A DNA stretch of 64,000 bases, taken from IMG/VR virus record IMGVR_UViG_3300037501_000111, positions 256,001 to 320,000 of that record. The stretch is one strand, 5' to 3'. This DNA is from a virus. Its lineage: Duplodnaviria > Caudoviricetes. Both the position numbers and the translations under genes were made by a program. Positions 60,572 through 64,000 of the stretch are shown one piece after another. The notes under the pieces were generated by a model. The model was not told the origin of the DNA. It made no database searches and saw only the letters and a program-made list of their open reading frames with translations. Positions within the stretch are counted from its first letter, which is position 1; each line of letters starts with the position of its first letter.

Positions 60572-61063
60572 ATGGCAGCTAAGCGTTCGAGTAAAATATG
60601 GGAAATAAATAAGGAGGATTTGATAAATTTAGTAATAAAATCCTCCTCTTATAAAGAAGTTTTAAACCATTTTGGTTTAGAAAATAAAGGGAACAATTTT
60701 AAAACTCTACGTCATAGAATGATTGAGGAGCAAATAGATTTCAGTCATTTCAAATCTCGTAGAGATTTCTTGAAACCTTTTCAAGAGGCCCTTCCATTAG
60801 AAATTATCCTAATAGAAAATTCTTCGTTCAATAGAACCCATCTTAAAAATAGACTATTGAAAAACGGTTTTCTTAAAAATGAATGTTATATCTGTGGCCA
60901 GCTTCCTGTATGGAATAATAAACCACTATCATTACAGCTTGACCATATCAATGGTATAAGTAATGATAATAGAATTGAGAACCTAAGAATTTTGTGCCCA
61001 CATTGTCATTCACAAACAGAAAACTTTGCAGGTAAAAACAAACATAGGCAAACTAAGATATAA
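60572..61063 (+). mobile_element. HNH homing endonuclease
   Basis: CYICG, LQLDHINGISNDNRIENLRILCPHCHSQT; sits directly before the tRNAs. Confidence 0.9.
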
Positions 61064-61073
61064 TAATAGTAAT

Positions 61074-61149
61074 TGGGGATTAATTCAATTGGCAGAAATT
61101 TGGACTTTGAATCCAAAAGTTATACGTTCGAATCGTATATCCCCAGCCA
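61074..61149 (+). tRNA. trnQ: tRNA-Gln(UUG)
   Basis: Acceptor TGGGGAT/ATCCCCA, anticodon loop CTTTGAA, T-arm ATACG-TTCGAAT-CGTAT, encoded CCA. Confidence 0.9.
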
Positions 61150-61241
61150 GATAGAGTGGTGGAATAATACACAGCCTCATTATAGCGAGGCTGCCTTTGC
61201 TAGCAAAAGGCATGCAGATGCGAATCCCGTCTCTATTACCA
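61150..61241 (+). tRNA. Aberrant type-II tRNA-like gene (8-nt anticodon loop); identity uncertain
   Basis: Acceptor GATAGAG/CTCTATT plus ACCA, long variable arm, loop ATTATAGC, T-stem with two A-C mismatches. Confidence 0.55.
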
Positions 61242-61243
61242 AT

Positions 61244-61329
61244 GGCCGTATGGCGGAATGGCATACGCAGTTGACTTAAAATCAACGGCCCTTAAGGGCG
61301 TGGGGGTTCGAGTCCCTCTACGGCTACCA
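61244..61329 (+). tRNA. trnL: tRNA-Leu(UAA)
   Basis: Acceptor GGCCGTA/TACGGCT, anticodon loop CTTAAAA, long variable arm, encoded CCA. Confidence 0.93.
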
Positions 61330-61614
61330 TGAATAATCATGAAAACTAATCAACAAAAAGATAGAAGTAAAGAATGTAAATGCCCTTGCCATACTGGAGG
61401 CGCAGTGCATTTTATGGCTTGTAGTTGTTATTCTGGTAATCCTGTCTTAGACGAAAACGACGATGAAAACGAAGAAAACGAAGCAGAAAACTCCCCGTAA
61501 TGGTTTTGCTATTGTTGCGAAAAAGCGTAAAGCGGGCGAGATACGTTCTAAAAAAGATAAGAGACAGAACAGTAAAAACAAACAACAAGAATACCTCAAA
61601 GAAGCTGAAGTGTC

Positions 61615-62169
61615 ATGAAGATTCTATCACGTGAAGAGCTAATAAAACTTCCGACCAAAAGCCTATTAGCCTATAAAAAGAGGCTACTTAAAGTAGATGG
61701 TGCTGAGAGATGTAGCTGCGGTTCTGTTAGCGGATGCGATTTCCGTAGTAAAGAGCTATTAGCAGAAGGGGCTTTTATTAAAAGCTCACCTCAATGGCAA
61801 GAACTTTACGCTCTTGTAAAAGAAATTCTTAATACACGCGAACATATTCCGAGAAAAAATGGGAACTAAATTCGCAGATTTCATGCAAGAGATTAAGGAA
61901 GAGGCCCGGTCTGGAGGACCCGAGGCAGAGATTTCCTTGCTGGTGGTATGGATAAACCAGCTTGCTTTTCGGAGAACAAAATGAGTGCAACGTATGCATT
62001 TGTGTTTAATGGTACTGGCGATTGGAAGAAGTCCATCGCTGATGATTGGGATCTTGACGTTATCGAATTAGAAGGTAACGAGAAAACATTAGGCCATCGT
62101 CAAATTGACGGCTCTATTTGTAAGATTGTCCAAACCTCCGATGGTAAATTGGTTGCTATAAGCAAGTAA
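61615..62169 (+). CDS. Two small hypothetical genes (61615-61869, 61948-62169)
   Basis: ORF track. Confidence 0.55.
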
Positions 62170-62291
62170 TAATATGAACTCCTTACCCACCGAAGACTCT
62201 GCGCTAGTAAGCGCTATGTGGTGGTGTATGATTTTATTAGTAACAACAGGATTAGTTTTCGGATTTATCTCACAGGGATAAGTGTATTCAA

Positions 62292-62702
62292 ATGTCACTA
62301 CCGTATTTAATTGTTCTTGCCATTTTGGGATGGGGAATCGGCTCTCTTTTCTATAAGATGGCTAACGATTCTTTACATCCATTTATGGTGTCTGCAATTG
62401 CTACGATAGTGTACTTGATTGAAGTGCCACTTGTTTTTACCTTTGCTAAGTTTAATAAAACAGTCACGCCTAGTGGTATAGCCTTCGCTATCTTAGGTAG
62501 TTCCTGTATGGCAGTTGGCTCAATTGGATATTTCTTTGCTTTGAAGAAAGGTTCAGCGGGAGAAATTACCGCAGTCAGTGCCGTCTACCCGGCCATTACA
62601 CTATTATTATCTATGTTCTTTCTGGGAGAAGAGATGTCCTGGCGTAAAGCTATAGGTATGTTACTAGCATTAGCTAGCGTTTTTATTTTGGGATTCAAAT
62701 GA
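62292..62702 (+). CDS. EamA/DMT-family small membrane transporter
   Basis: Multiple TM helices; YFFALKKGSAG, SAVYP, FLGEEMSWRKAIG. Confidence 0.85.
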   Translation: MSLPYLIVLAILGWGIGSLFYKMANDSLHPFMVSAIATIVYLIEVPLVFTFAKFNKTVTPSGIAFAILGSSCMAVGSIGYFFALKKGSAGEITAVSAVYPAITLLLSMFFLGEEMSWRKAIGMLLALASVFILGFK

Positions 62703-63100
62703 TTAGAGAAATTTGCGATTGGTTAGCGAAACGTTTGCCATCATTTACAATTCCAACGCCCGATGGATCTCCATATCTCACCAGGTATTATTTATTTGGC
62801 GCCGATCGTAAGTGTGGAAATATTTCCTTCATCACTTCCATTCCTCTGATAAGGATATTGCTCCCAGTGGTACTTACTACCTACATAACCATCCTTGGCC
62901 ATGGTCTTTCTCAATCATTTTGGCGGGAGGATATGTTGAAGAAAGACGCCGCACTGATGATACCATTGAAGAAAAAACTTATCTTCCGGGGTCAATTAAT
63001 ACACTAACTGATAAAGATTTTCATCGTGTGGAATTAATTGGTAACGATGGCTGGAGTCTCTTTTTTTACAGGCTGGCGTTCAGATAAACGTAGCTGGGGA
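62699..63100 (+). CDS. Cupin-like hypothetical protein (frameshifted)
   Basis: YLTRYY; in the next frame FLHHF, HNHPW-x-x-x-FSIILAGGY-x-EE, DFHRVEL. Confidence 0.5.
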
Positions 63101-63162
63101 TTCTGGGACCGGGTAACTAAAGAGTACTTGGACTTTAAAAATTTCGCAAAAGCGATTGAATG

Positions 63163-64000
63163 ATGGAAGGAAAGACCATGTCTAAAGAAAAAAAAAATCA
63201 AGCGCCGGCCTATGGGCCTTGTTTGCTAAGCTTGGTGGTAAACTAATTAGTGTCGGGACTAAACTTCTAAAGGGACTTAAGTTTACTAAAGTTGGTTTGG
63301 CAGCCGCCTCTCTTGCAGGATATGCGGCTGTATATAATTGGAAGTTTGGATTGCTTCTGATGATTGCAATTGGCTTTCATGAAAGTGGTCACGTATGGGC
63401 CATGAAGAAGATGGGAATTAAAACAAAAGGATTCTACTTCTTGCCCTTTATCGGCGGTGCTGCTATTGCCGAAGAAGAGTATAAAACATACGGAGAAAAT
63501 GCGTTTATTGCTATTATGGGTCCTGTATGGGGCGCCTTGTTAGCTGGTATCTGTGCAGTGGTTTACTATGTCACCGGAGTACCAATGCTAGCGGCGGCTG
63601 CGGCCTGGATGGCAACTCTTAATATTTTCAATCTTTTGCCTATCACTCCATTGGATGGTGGACAATTGATGCGATCGATTGCCTTTTCCATCAATAAAAC
63701 ACTTGGCGTGGTGTTCTTGGTATTATCAATGGCACTAGGTATCTTCATTATGTTAAAGTTGAAGGTAGGATTATTTGCACTAATTCTTGCGGTTGGTGGA
63801 TTGGAATTATTCCTAGAATTACGTAGGCGTTTTCAATTGATGAAGGTTAAAAATGGAACCCTTCCAATCTGGAAACTTTCTCCATCAATGTTGGATGAAT
63901 CTCAGCCTGATGGTTTGAAGAGATATCCTGATGCAATGAATGGAACAAAATTGGCCCTGACAGCTCTTTCCTATGTTGGTACTATTGCTGTACTATTAGT
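63163..64000 (+). CDS. Site-2 protease (M50) family metalloprotease, runs off the window
   Basis: FHESGHVWAM, IAIMGPVWG, FNLLPITPLDGG; frameshift in the 10-A run at 63188-63197. Confidence 0.88.

Noticed and set aside
7089-63200. Programmed frameshifting in many genes (7106, about 8490, 10560, 33545, 55560, 63190)
   Set aside because: All are single-base changes in homopolymer runs that restore family motifs when corrected, which is typical of sequencing or consensus error; no stimulatory structures seen.

Overview
The window looks like a 64-kb piece of a very large (jumbo/huge) bacteriophage genome. It has dense small ORFs mostly on the + strand, no structural or core replication genes, and phage-typical accessory genes: RF2, RNA ligase, family-4 UDG, CoaE, a Dam-type MTase with a HaeIII-like endonuclease, a metallophosphoesterase, HNH/LAGLIDADG endonucleases and three intact tRNAs. 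Several features point to a GC-rich Myxococcota-like host (inference). Three zones are visible. (1) 1-11 kb is AT-rich and holds an array of about 17 divergent zinc-ribbon proteins, most ending in the same helix motif (K-[IVL]-x-x-[YL]-x-x-F-S-stop), with prfB and a kinase-like gene embedded. (2) 11.2-13.5 kb holds three minus-strand protease genes, then an abrupt switch to GC-rich DNA. (3) 13.7-64 kb looks like an early/host-takeover region. It carries 31 co-oriented copies of a 13-nt motif (CTCCCATTCACGG) at gene boundaries, sigma54-type -24/-12 sites near its start, several large structured non-coding segments and small paralogous families. Many genes have single-base indels in homopolymer runs or isolated in-frame stops, so the sequence probably contains errors or decay. 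All calls are by eye; no database searches were run.
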